64,000 nucleotides of DNA. It comes from Trypethelium eluteriae (Eukaryota). The position numbers and the translations under genes were made by a program. The stretch covers positions 1 through 64,000 of the forward strand of contig JAVECL010000009.1 in the NCBI GenBank assembly GCA_051942245.1, written 5' to 3'. This document shows positions 12,199 to 25,219 of the stretch, piece by piece (the stretch's first letter is position 1; every line of letters starts with the position of its first letter). The notes under the pieces were generated by a model that did no database searches, had not been told where the DNA came from, and worked only from the letters and a program-made list of their open reading frames with translations.

Positions 12199-14198
12199 AT
12201 GGCGTCAAACCGAGCTCTAAAGTTTGCTGGCCTGGCATTGCTCTTGAGCCTTCAAGCATCTGCTGCTGTACTTGTTGAGAAGCTTGCAAATGTGCCAAAA
12301 GGATGGAAAATAGCCAATACTCCGAGTGGAGATTCGCAGATGGTTCTCCAAGTTGCCCTTGCTCAACAGAACCTTGATCAACTAGAGTCCAAGCTAGCAT
12401 CAGTGTCCACACCGAGCTCTGCATCCTATGGCCAATATCTTAATCTTGATGAGGTCAACTCCATATTCGGCCCGAACAATGAAAGCGTTACGGCTGTCAA
12501 ATCCTGGCTTGAATCTTCGGGCGTGACGAATTACAAAACGCAAGGCGATAGCATTTGGTTCCAAACCACTGTCTCGACAGCTAACTCCATACTTGGTACG
12601 AACTTTCACAATTTCGTTGACTCTACCGGATCGACAAAGCTTCGAACGACTCAATATTCCATTCCGAACGAGCTTACTGCACATATCGATCTCATCTCAC
12701 CTACGACCTTTTTTGGCAAAACTAAGGCTTTAAGAACGACCCACGGTCGAAAAACCAAGCGTTTGCCGAAACGTCAGGTATCAAAGGCGATTTCCCGATC
12801 TAAGCGCCAAGAGCCGGCAAGTTGTGAGGGAAGTATCGTAGTCGAGAACAGGACGTTTGCGGCTTTTGGACCTGCCTGTCTAAAGGCCGAATATGACATC
12901 AATGGATACAAGGCAGACCCACGTTCCGGAAGTAGAATTGGCTTTGGTTCCTTTCTCAATGAGAGTGCCAGCTTCTCTGATATATTCCTCTTCGAACAAT
13001 ACTTCAAGATTCCACCTCAAAAGTATGTTCATCCCAGGGATACAGGATTATGAAGATGAAGATTTAGTCAACTAACCATATACTAGCTTTTCCGTAGTCC
13101 TCGTCAATCCGCAAGATGGTGCAACGGCTCTACCGCAGCCACCACTTGATGCTAATGACGGTGAGGCCAACTTGGATAGCCAATATATTGCGGGTATTGC
13201 AAATCCATTACCATTCAATGAGTTTATTACTGCTGGAAGCCCGTGGGTCTCGATGTCACTTCTGTCGAATTTCAAGTACTGGCTTACCTGAACTTAGACC
13301 CTACTTCCCTGACCCTGTGGAGCCCGCAGGTACGGCGAATGAGAATGAGCCATATCTTCCTTACTACGAATTTCTACTCGCTCAGCCAAATAACAGCCTT
13401 CCCCAAGTCATCACCAACTCCTACGGTGATGAGGAGCAGACAGTTCCGGAAAATTACGCAGTGCGAGTCTGCAACTTGATCGGTATGTTAGGACTACGGG
13501 GTATCTCTGTACTCGAATCCTCCGGCGACGAAGGCGTTGGCGCATCATGCTTAACTCAAGACCAAACATCACCTCAATTTAACCCCATCTTTCCAGCAAC
13601 TTGTCCATACCTTACTTCCGTAGGAGGTACCGTCTCTTTCAATCCTGAGGTAGCGTGGGTTGGATCCTCAGGCGGGTTTTCGAACTACTTCAAGACTGCT
13701 TGGTACCAACAGGCTGCAGTCTCCAATTATCTGACAAACTTTGTCAGTGACTCGACGAAGCAATACTATGGGCAGTATGTGAACTTCACTGGTCGTGGTT
13801 TCCCTGATGTCGCCGCACACAGTGTAGACCCTGATTACATTGTGTTCCAAGGAGGTGCCATTACCCCAAGTGGTGGAACATCTGCGGCGGCTCCCGTAAC
13901 TGCTAGCATCATTGCTCTCCTTAATGATGCACGGTTGCGGGCAGGCAAACCGACTCTCGGGTTCTTGAATCCTCTTATCTACGGAGGAGGTTACAAAGCT
14001 TTCACGGACATTACATCTGGTCAATCGGATGGTTGCAACGGAAATGACACACAAAATGGAGAGGTTATACCTGGCGCCGGAGTCATTCCGGGATCGCATT
14101 GGAACGCAACCACAGGATGGGATCCAGTGACTGGGTTTGGAACTCCGGATTTTGGCAAATTGCTTGCAGCAACTCTGAATGGAACCTTTGGCTCTTGA
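12199..14198 (+). CDS. Secreted tripeptidyl-peptidase / sedolisin (peptidase S53), 3 exons
   Basis: Signal peptide and activation prodomain (SYGQYLNLDEV). Catalytic motifs GEANLD, SYGDEEQ, SSGDEG, GRGFPDVAA and GGTSAAAP, plus the Ca-site GWDPVTGFGTP. Introns at 13023-13086 and 13243-13297. An alternative ATG lies at 12193. Confidence 0.95.
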
Positions 14199-14697
14199 AT
14201 AAAGTTATGCTGGAGTCATGGCTGGTGACAAGTACTCGAAGAGACTGGAACCGTGCTCACGAAATACTGGGTTTACTACCTTTGATATCAAAACCAAGGG
14301 CGCCCCCGAATCGGTTTTCCTCAGCTCTTGAGAAGTTTTGTACGTACTGTAGTTTATCCTACATGAATCTCATTGCCTGAATTATTTGGCAACCTCGAAC
14401 TCCATCTTTAGCACAAGCTATCACCTGAACGCGAGACATAACAGAAAGACAAGGGATATAGAAGGATTGTACCATCTCACATCTAAATTGTACGGTTGGA
14501 GACCTTAGGAAGTCTAGATCCAGCATCCATATACCGCGCAAGTTCAACATTCATAAGATCGGAACGTGGTCGAACGTAATCGTTACCCTCAAACCCTAAG
14601 TAATGAGCTATTCTTCTGGATAAAAGGGAGATCCTTTCTAGGATAGTCTAAAGCTCGGTGCTCAACAGATTAATTACCAAGCTTACTTCTGATCGCC

Positions 14698-16410
14698 TCA
14701 AGATGGCGCACCGCTATAAGGTGGACCACGAGGATTCCGACGGTTAGTAGGAATATTGACTAACAAATTGGGAGTACGGTTTTTTCCTCTACCCTTGGGG
14801 AGTCCCCCAATAACATTCTTAACAGCGTTGTCAAACATTCGCTTACGGACAGTCTTAGTATCCATCACAAGACCTTCATATGCCATAAAATTTGCAAGCA
14901 CACTTCCTACAATGGGAGTCGCTAGTGACGTGCCTTGGGACTATCAGCCAGGGATGTGGTGAGTACTTTATCAACTTACCACTTTGAAACCAACCCATTT
15001 TATCGCTAGCAGAGTGCGCAAGAGCGACACGTTCACCTGGTGCAATAATGTCAACACCTTTACCATAATTCGCAAATCTTGACCATCCGTAGGTTCTGTT
15101 ACATGACGTTACACATATAACCTCAGTAATATTGCAAGGGAAATGTGCGGATGCCACTTCTGCTGGTACCCCTGCTTCACTGTTATTGTGTCAGAATAAG
15201 GATGAGTAAAGTCAAGAGGTCAGCTTACGCGTTCCCAGCTGATGCAATCATTAGAATTCCGGCATTACTTGCCTCTTTCACTACTCTTTCCACCAGTGGT
15301 GAATGGTCCGGAAGCCCAAAAGACATGTTGATAATTGATCCCTTAAACCAACTTGGTCGATCTTGAACAAAGGCACGATGTTCAGCTGTGATGTCTGAGA
15401 TTGCCTTGGCAACTAAAGAATTCTCGGCTTCGTCCTCACAGAATACTTTAACGTTTATGACATTAGCAAGTGAAATGCTGTAGCCGCCATTCCAGCCGCC
15501 AATAAGACTCGCAACCTAAGGATTGTTAGAATAATGCTAAAATAGCTTCCTCCGATGGATGAAACTTACACCTGTACCGTGAGAGGTGTTCGAGTTGTCG
15601 TGCATACTTAGGTCGCCACTTCGACAGTATGGAGTGGTGGTTCGATTCTGAAAGTTAGATGCACGACCCTACCCAGACTTGCTTAGTACATTCCTCATGG
15701 TCTTTCAATGAGGGCTTTCATACCATAAAGACTTGATGCGTAAGTCTTATCCCTAGAACAGGCGTTATTCTCACAATAAGCGACTGCTCGAAGTGATTGA
15801 TTTTTTACCTGTGTCGAGGACATACGCATTCACTCCCCTGCCTGGACCACGCACTGTTCTAATAGGATTGACTCTCCCTTTACCAAGTGTCACTTTCTTA
15901 GGCGTCGTAACCATCTCGAGGTTCCAGTAGGGTCTCCTGACGAGTCCAGTTTCCCAACGTTTACTGTGGAGTAGAGCTGATGAGCTAAGTTCACCATCGT
16001 TCATATGAGTCATCTTTTTTGTGAAGGTTGGTTTGGGAATATAATGGTCATGTTCCACAAATTCAACGTATGGAGTCACGAGAACCTGTTGTAGAGTGGA
16101 TTTATCTAGTTGAGCACGATAACTTTGACCGGGGGGTTTAGCAAATGAGCTTTCTAAAGGCGTCATGAGGTTCGTACCTTCGTTGTCCAATTGCTTGAAA
16201 TCTTTGATTCATTGTCGATACGTTGAGTCCGCTGTATCCAAGAAGATCTGTTAGTGTATAATTTTCGAAAAGGTAAACAATATAAGTATGTGGAATTAGC
16301 CGACCATTTGGTCGAAAATATGGGGCAGGTTCGCCATTATCTTCTCTGCATGAGATCTCTCCAGCATTGATTGACGCTAGAAGAAAGAGTAACAAAGTTA
16401 AAAACCGCAT
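14698..16410 (-). CDS. Divergent secreted subtilisin-like serine protease (S8, proteinase K-like) with an I9-type propeptide, 7 exons
   Basis: Manual splicing of 6 introns gives signal MRFLTLLLFLLASINA and propeptide (YIVYL...VEFVEHD). The triad is AYVLDTG / SHGTG / SGTSLATP, with oxyanion ASAGN, INMSFG and FANYGKGVDIIAPG. Confidence 0.88.
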
Positions 16411-19338
16411 TTGAGAGCGCAATCAGCTAATTCGAAAAGACGATGGCCTGAATGTATAACTTTCTATTTTTTCATGTACGGGAAGTCAGCAAATGAGTCA
16501 AAAGATAAAGGCGTAGCTCAGAACTGGGAGCGAAGTGTAGTCTTGGACAATTATCCCCGACAGTACTTTCCTTGGAAAGACTTTTGGATCACCTTCTCAG
16601 TAGTGCTCGCCTATTAAGACAGCTCGAGCACTTAAGACCGATGAATCACCCAGACAGAACTCACGTGAAAAAAAAAGTCGGATTTCGCCGCTATCTCGAA
16701 GCTGGGTTACTTGTTAACAGTAAGAGACTTCGACTTGTAAGCTGTTCCCTTCTCACTAGCTGCTGAAAATGTAAGGTAACAGATCTCGGAGGAAGGAAAC
16801 GTCCTCGCTAGGTCAAAATTCGGCGGTTTTCGGGTCAAATGTCTATAGGACACCATCACCATTGCGCTGTTCTATACTGTCTGTGACCAAACTTGGCCAT
16901 CACATTGATTTCGAGCAGTGTCATCAGCTTGACGGACACCAGATGACTTACTACACCGTTGAGAGGATCTTAACCAGATGTTCAGGTCTGGCCGATTTCT
17001 GGACATCTGGCTCTCCAAGTTATCGATTTTCCTACTCACCTGCAAGTAAATGGGAAATCTACGCGCCGATGGGGCAAACGAACGACGAAGAGCGAGTGGT
17101 TAGCGATCGCTATGACATGATGCCAGATCGGCAGTTTATTTTTGGAGAAAACCGAAAGTCCCCAAGCAGAGTTTGACGTCATCGTGGTCATCAAGCCACG
17201 GTATCTATCATCCAAATCATCCCATCCCCGTCAGTTCTGGATGAGAGATTTAGAGCAGGTGGACACTTCGCCTCAACGTTCTGAAATACTCAAATACTCA
17301 GTCATGCTGGATATCCGGTTCCGGTACTCTGTAACAGGGTCCCCTCGTTCTAAGCTTCTACAGACGCTTACGAAGATTATACTCCGCCTCCTTACAAATG
17401 AGGCAAGTGTCTTATATTGCCCATGGCGTGGCATCGCTTTTGAGGAGAGCCTAACCTGGAACTCTCCTGATCGTAAAGCCGTAAGCGTATGAGCGAGCGT
17501 AAGATAGTGCATGGATCGCTCATCCTGCCCATGCGGCTATGCTGGAGGGTTTTTATCCTTCCCTGCGATTTACAGAACTACCAGCTATATGGCGTAAGTG
17601 AACCAGGCTGGGCAACACTACTCTTCCAGGGGCTTTGGTTGGTGACTTGAGAAACTGAAATGCGAAGCCATTGGAAACTGATTATCTACGACCGAGCCAG
17701 AGATAGGGGGCTGTACTCGGACAATATCGTTATGGTTCGACTGGTGAATGGTAAGGAGTGAGCATGGTAATCATCTGGTTGACTGAATCCCACCGCAATT
17801 CCTTATAGCTTTGTCTGGATTAGAACTACGAGAACGGGTGGCATTCGTATGCTAGATTTCAGAATCCACAAATTCTAGCTGCTTTCGTGTCTTCATCGCG
17901 AGAAGTTACTGCCCAGCAACTTCAGATTGAAGCTTAAATATTTCGGAGTCAGATTCAGAATTTCGCCAATTATATACTTTGGAACAGCACTCTAGCATTA
18001 CCCACTGTCGTAGTGTTATCCAGTCAGTGCTGGTAGTGAGCATCCTGGTCCGATTAAATTCGAATTTGATGCAGACGCTCGTTCTTGAATTGCAGGTATT
18101 GTATGGCAATGACTTCAGACCGTGACAGCCGATTTGTTACTACAAATTCGGGTATTAGCCCAACATCTGTTCCGCCGCTTATGCGGAAAGAATATGACGG
18201 CTAATCTCCTAAGAGGTCACCGCAATCTTGTTCCAGTCTTTTGGTTGATAATTCTTGCTCGTCGGCAGATATGCCGGACGATATGACGTGCACTCCAGCT
18301 TATATCAAACCATTGGGTCATCTTACTAATTTTCTGCAATATTGGCGACCATATCGTCCTCTCACTAGACGAACTGACACGTATTCACCAGAATATGTTT
18401 TGTTATAGAATTGAAGTCCCTCTGCTTGTTCCTAGAGAGCAATGCTTCCAATACTCAAAGTAGAATATGGCCAAGGTCGTCCGAAATCAGGCTGCAGTGA
18501 TAGCGACGGTAGGATAGGGGTTGATGGTACAAGTTTGGTTCCGCCCATGTCTGGAAGAAAGCAGTCAACAAAAGTGCCATGCGGAAGGGGTAGTACCAAC
18601 TCTAGAGCCTCAATAATAGCCGGATAAGCTGGTCGGCACGGATCAAAGAAGCAGCTCAAGCAATCATGTATGCCAGGTCCAAGTTTATCGTTTAAGCATG
18701 ATTTTGGGTACTCATCATCATCCGATAGATCAATCGCGAGCTATTCTCGAGAATCGATTGTCCTAGTATTGGGCGAGAAAAGTCTGGTCCAGGCGTATGT
18801 CTTCTCTTCTTCGTAGGGGTGTAGCCATGTGCTTTAGCAGAACCTTCAAGGTAAGGGCTTCTCATCTTCGCATCGAGCGGCAACGTGAGGAGTTGTTAGT
18901 GAGCCAGAACATGTCGATCGTAGCTGAGATTACAATCAATTTGTCCCACGGTTCTGAAGCACGACATATGCATTGCATTATGAGGCATGTGCTCGTCGTC
19001 GTCCAAACTCGAGACGCGAATGTGATATTACCGTTTCCCTTTCAGAGGTTTCCGTTAATGCCGTGCGGTCTGACGCGATAGGAACTGCCATTTTATGCTT
19101 GCAGTAGATGGTGCAAAGGAAAGCGTCCTCATACGGTAAACGAACCCTGATTTGCAGGTGACATGACGCTTTTCCAAATCCAGCGGCTTCGTTAGTTTGG
19201 ATGTTGCCACACTGATTTCCTGTCAGGTTAGGCTGGATGGAGGAATCCAGGTCCAAGTTAGAGAGTCAGGTGTCTTTCGCAATTTACGGAATGGATTTTT
19301 GCCATCGGCAAAATCCCACCCCGGCACCCCTGGCTGCA

Positions 19339-19920
19339 TTAGCCATCCACCTTCCTTGCCTGATCCCACACCCCAGACTTTGAGGCCACGACAATCTAGA
19401 GAGTAGAAGGGAACTCTGATTTGGAGTGTATACTCAAATCAAAGAGCGCCGCCATTTCAAAGGTAGGAAATGGTTGTGATATCAACGGTGCACTGTAATT
19501 CCTGCAGCAAACAGGGATTCTACGATGAACGGATACCAACTTTCGATTCAAACCTCGTCAACCAAGAAACGATTGGCCTTACTCGAAAGCTTCAGATTGC
19601 TTCGCGCTAACATTCTAACCATCGTGCCATGTGACTAAAGAATCCTTGCAAGATACATGGCTTGATCTCAAGGTTATTGGGTAACATCGGTATGGAAGGA
19701 CGGGGATCAAAATATAACCGTAACGCTAATGTGTGAAGTTGATGTGCAAATGTCTTGGCTTCAACTTCACTATATGTACAATATATCATCTTTACCCATA
19801 GTGGTTTCCCTACCCGGCGATTTTCATATTAGCCAATTCTCCGTTCACCCATGGCTTGTATGATGACTCTTGGAAGATTATTCACTAGCCACCACAAAGG
19901 AATTCCAGTACTAATAAAAG
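19339..19920. promoter_or_regulatory. Putative AA9 promoter with three XlnR-type GGCTAR motifs and a TATA-like element
   Basis: TTAGCC at 19339 and 19829 and CTAGCC at 19885 (reverse complements of GGCTAA/GGCTAG). TAATAAAAG at 19912-19920. Confidence 0.35.
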
Positions 19921-19989
19921 GGTAAGTTTCGCTCCCTTACAACGAGCTGTCGACATCAACACCAGCTCTATCCAGACTGACGCCAAGCC

Positions 19990-20767
19990 ATGAAAGCCAC
20001 AACTTTCGCTGCCGTTGTTGCGGCTTTTGCCAGCCAAGCCAGTGCTCATTACATTTTCGATTCATTCGACCATGGACCGGCGTACCAGTATGTTCGGCAG
20101 AACACCAACAACAATTCTCCAGTAACAGATCTCACTTCGGATGATCTCCGCTGCAATGTTGGTGGCGAAACAGGTGGTAGCACTCAAACGATCTCTGTCG
20201 CTGCCGGCTCGACACATTCGTTTACAGCAGACGTTGCTGTCTACCACCAGGGACCAGTCTCCTTCTATATGTCCAAAGCCCCAACGACCGCTGCTGCATA
20301 CGACGGTTCAGGAAATTGGTTCAAGATCAAGGATATTGGACCCACATTCCCAACGTCGTGTAACGCAGCTTGGGACTTGGAGCAGACCTACAACTTCACC
20401 ATCCCCAAGAATACACCAAACGGCGATTACTTGGTTCGGATTCAACAGTTGGCTATTCACAACCCATATCCGGCAGGAATCCCACAGTTCTATATTGTAA
20501 GCCACAGGCCGGAATACTGAGGCAAATGAGGTCTTGCTGATAAACCTTTAGGAATGTGCTCAAGTTACAGTGACAGGTGGTGGCTCTGGTGTACCATCGC
20601 CCACAGTCAAAATTCCTGGGGCTTTCCAAAGCACCGATCCAGGCTACACGGTACGCTTCATGCAAATACGGACGCTTTCCTGAAAGACTGCTGACTCTGA
20701 ACAGGTCAACATCTACAACAACTTCTGCAACTATACCGTGCCCGGCCCTGCTGTCTGGAGTGGCTAG
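19990..20767 (+). CDS. AA9 (GH61) lytic polysaccharide monooxygenase, no CBM1, 3 exons
   Basis: The signal peptide ends ASA|H, placing His1 at the mature N-terminus. Motifs NSPVTDL...DLRCN, YHQGP, WFKI, GDYLVR, PQFY-ECAQV and PGPAVW. Introns at ~20496-20551 and ~20651-20704. Confidence 0.96.
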
Positions 20768-23700
20768 GTTCGAACTTTGGAGATTAGGCGAATAGTCCCT
20801 TGTATTGCGTTCGCCGAAAGGAGGGAGAGCTTTGCCGAGCTTTGGATTCTTGTATATAGTCTTTGCAATAGACTTCAATTGAGAGCTATCGTGGGCCGCA
20901 AAAGCTATCTCAGCAACTTTATGTGGTAGAGCGCACTCGTCCTGAGGTAAGATCGGACAGACACATGTAAGTTCCGGCGTAAGGTTTCTGAGCAAGTCTT
21001 TTCGTATCAAAACACGCAACCCAAAGAAGGCTATAGTGTCAGCTGGAGCTATGTTAGCAAGCCATCCGCTAGCTTATGCTCCGTCGATCTCCGAGAGTGG
21101 TGAAATGGTCGCAACGGCGAGTCTACTGTCGACGCTCATGAAGATATCGGGACAGCTGAGATCTCGGATGCGACTATGAGACGGCCCGCTATAGAATGAC
21201 CAGTGAGGCTCCATCGTGGCCCTAAAAAAGGCCATAGGGGCGCAAGCTGACGCTCTGTTCACTCATCATGGCCTCGCAATCGCCTGCAACAAGAATCAGA
21301 CAGCCGTTCAGTACTAATTTCTGGGGTCTTCTCCCATGACAGTATACGTGCTCGTGTATTGCGAAAGTGGCCTTGTCCTCGAGCTGTACAGCGACCGTTT
21401 CCAATGAAATGGTGCGGGTGCCACTTTAATACCTTAGCCTCCTAATACAATGTTGCTAACACAACCACCCAGAGCGGCAGACCAAATGCGACCAGACGAA
21501 TGACTTCAATAGCGTTTCATGCTACGCACAGGCTACGTCGGATTATAAGAACAGTCGGTATGCCGTATAAGGGATTGAACCAGTAGTGCCATCGTACCTT
21601 GACGACATCATGCATTGATGTAGAAGGCAAAGTCCAGAATGCTACGATGCTGCTGCATACGACAGTCTCTATGCTGCTTAAACCAACACCAAATGAATCG
21701 AAGCTGCAGTCTGTCTCAAAGTGTCAGCGATTGGACGACCTGCTGTCGAGATGAACTATTCACTAGTGTCAGTGAGCCAAGATGTGCTTGATATGTCTCT
21801 TTCCTGCCGTGAACATAGCCCAGTCATCTGAAGACGCGGAAGCTCCAGCAGAGGGCGCATAGATTTGAGCGTTTTAGTAGCTCTGTCAAAATTGCGACGC
21901 CAGAAGGAGATATGCTAAGGACGGTATCTGGTACAGCTGCCCTAAGGTCATCTGTGGAGGGAACAGATAGGTCAATAGACCATTAGGCTGGCCTAGGTTG
22001 CTTGAATCTTATACAATAGTCGTACTATCAATCATAGAGAGTGCCTAGAATGTCTAACGATAAGAATACGATCAACCAGTGAGGTGTTTCGGTGAAGAGG
22101 CAATACCTGAATATGACATAGAGGCAGCAAAATTCAACTCAGTGTTGTCGGCAATTGAATGAACAGGGTGCACCTGAGCTAGCTTGGGCCTGTGGGATCT
22201 CCGTCGCCATCGGAGTAAGCGTTACCCTCACCATTACTGCTACTGAGAACACCGAAGCTTCCTGATACCTCACGAGGGGTGGCCGCGTCCCAACTCAGGC
22301 TCCCGTCGGTATGTTGACAATTTGGCTGCTCGAATTTTCCGTACAAAGGGCTTGTGATGCTCATGGATCCCTCTTCTAAACTGGAGATAGGTCGGATGCA
22401 GAACTCGCGACTTGCACATCGCTGGCAGTCATCAGTAAGGCATAAAGTACTGCGCAGGACCTTTTTCGAGCTATACAGTGTCGGTCTAGGTGCCAGAAGA
22501 TCCAATCGATCCGTTGATAGCAGAGCAAGCACGATCCCGAGTCAACAGAATGCTCAAGGCGTCTAGCACATCAACAGATGGGTCAACGGCGATACATGTT
22601 CCTGGCACTGATTGCCAATGAACATCTCCAGTGTTGTCCTAGTTTTGGTTTTGGTTCAAGATAATTGTTGCATGGTGGCTGTCAGTTTTCGTTCGACTTG
22701 CAAAGGAATTTCGAGATTCGTCTATTTTGTATACCATCCCATGAGTAAGCGAACTGGAGATAGGGTCAGGTGTGGACCTCCACCAATCGACTCAGGCGAC
22801 AGCATAACAGACTGATTGTATGCATCTGGAATGTCCAAGGAGCAAATAGCCCATTCAAGACTGACCCTATTGAGCGTCTCGAAAGGGAAGGCAATCATTG
22901 GCTCGAACGCTATAGTCTGATGAGTCTAGATCACACAAGAGGTGTTCCTTGTCCAGCTGAGAAAGTAGGGCACAGTGCCAGATATAGTTTGACCACGAAT
23001 CGGGACAGCCCAAGACAACTCTGTGTACATACTGAGAGAGAGTATCAGAGTCTGACGACCTTCCTCGAATATTGCAAGAAGTCCAGTTAGGTTCGCTCCT
23101 TGCTTATAATCGCTCGAAAAGGAGCTATCCGTGCTATTTTTCGATCGGCGTAGTGACTGGGTCTTTTTCCTGTAGTCCTTAGCCACCTCTTGGAGCCTGT
23201 AACCTTTACAGGCATCGGCGAAGCTGCCAACGACATCGTGGCTTAATCCCTATCCTCGATATGTCTTAGCTACACCACCTGTCATAGCACCCATGACGCA
23301 TCTATCTTCAAGATGTTGCTCTCCATTCGGGTTACACATCGGGGATTATCGCTGCCTCCGGAAGAGAGCCTGGTTGGAGGTCGAAGGAAGATTGCAATAT
23401 TGACGAAATTGTTGCAGGTGGTACTGGCTCTCGTACATCGGCGGTTGATCGAAGTTAAGCTGCTGTTCAGGCTGCTGTCAAGCTCTTGATAGCTTGACTG
23501 TTGTCCTTGTTGCACAGGATCATTGTCTGATAGATGAGTGGATCCTAAATCTCCTTGAACATGGTCGTAGCCAACGTGGGATCCATCACTGCCTGACTTC
23601 GTTGTCCGTCAGTTGTTCTTATTGCTTCCCTGAGCGAATAAAGAGGCCTATCGATCGCATGACGGGAAAGGTAACGAAGGCCGTTCGCAGAGCTGGAAGT

Positions 23701-24595
23701 TATACTGATCGCATGTACCATATATAAAATCAACTCATCTTGGTCATGCAAATAACTGAAGGAGCCTTGTGACAAATTGTAATACTCAATGCTCCGGTTT
23801 CAAAATGAAGCAATAGAATGATCAACGAGAGGATGACAGTGATGAAAGTCGATGCACCTTGATTCGTAATTTTGCGAATTGTGCCATCCGTGTTCGATTT
23901 ACCTTACCAGAAATGGGTAGAAGAGCTCCATCCATGAGCTAAGGTCAATGGCGAAGATTCGCGAGCCGGTTTGAGCAGATATGGCACTGAATAGGAGGAG
24001 CACTAGAGTAGCATGATGATTAGGGGATCGACATGTTATGTAATCACCCAACGAGAATCGGATAGATCCATAATTTTAGTGGTTCGGCCTTCGTCGTTGA
24101 ATTTCAGCAGTGCGGTTTAATAGCTTGTGTATCTTTCCCAGTGCTTCTTCTACGTTACTTCAGCCAAAACTTGAGTTATATTCAGGTACAGGAAACTTAC
24201 ATTTGTCAGGGGACTCCGACAAAGGAATCCCCTGTGCTTGCGCCGCGGATTGGTGGACACCTGAATTCGTAGATTTAATTTGAAGCTTGCGAACAGGTCT
24301 ATCTTATCATACAGCGTTACGCTGATAGATCCTACTCTCTTCTATTATTACAGAGGCCCTAGATTAGGCACATGCTATACAAATGCTTCCGCAGAAAGAG
24401 TACCATGGTCATTTTCGCTAGAAAAGATAGACAACCGATGATATCTAGAGAATTGTTCCGTAACATGAGTTATATGAGGACTTCGAAACTCGCGTTCAAA
24501 ATCTAGAACCCTTCCTACTAATACAATTCCTGATTCTCAATGTTCCATATCAAGGCTTCTCCTGAGACACCTTCTCGCCGAATCAAGTAGGAACC

Positions 24596-25219
24596 TTATT
24601 CATCCCTGCCCCATCTTTCTCTCCGTCTTGCCCGATCTTCTCTTGCAGCTCTTTTCTTAGGTCCCCATTTCTGTTTTATATCCTCCAGCTCTTTCTCCCT
24701 TATTTGCTTGACTTCTTTTGGCACTGAGCAGATCATCGGTATGAGTACGGTGCTGCATTGGAATTTTTTGGCCAATGCAATGTTCGACCACTTCAGAGGA
24801 TCCTCGATGCGAAGTCGTCTGATTTCGTCAAAGTCCGCAGAGGTGAGATGGTACCGCTTCTGAACGGGAGCGCGCAAAGGCGGAGGAAGAGTAGAGGATG
24901 TAGAATTATCGGAGGTCGGTGCTGAGAAGGCAAAGGGTGAAGAAGTAGTTGCAGCAGCAAGACGCTGGCGTCGTTTATCGTTCTGTGGAAGGAATTTAAA
25001 GGGCGTATGGTAGACCGAAGGAGCAGAGGATGGAGGATTGTAAATGATATGATCTTGTGTAGGTATTGTCTCCGCAAATGAAGGTTCGGGTTTGATTCGC
25101 AATCTTTGGCGCAGACGACGTGCCGTGGATTCCTGACGACGACATATTCTAGATGAGAAGCCAGACGATTTGAAGAATGGCTGTCGAGCCAAGCTCAAGG
25201 GACTGAATGGGCAGGTCAT
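24596..25219 (-). CDS. MRPL20: Mitochondrial large-subunit ribosomal protein mL58
   Basis: Arg-rich presequence followed by IIYNPPSSAPSVYHTPFKFLP and YHLT...EIRRLRIEDP...W...LAKKF, typical of the fungal MRP-L20 family. Confidence 0.85.
   Translation of the reverse strand: MTCPFSPLSLARQPFFKSSGFSSRICRRQESTARRLRQRLRIKPEPSFAETIPTQDHIIYNPPSSAPSVYHTPFKFLPQNDKRRQRLAAATTSSPFAFSAPTSDNSTSSTLPPPLRAPVQKRYHLTSADFDEIRRLRIEDPLKWSNIALAKKFQCSTVLIPMICSVPKEVKQIREKELEDIKQKWGPKKRAAREDRARRRERWGRDE

Noticed and set aside
16862..18883. Short ORFs between the subtilisin and AA9 genes
   Set aside because: No recognisable motifs or consistent splice model. They may be decayed sequence but cannot be supported.
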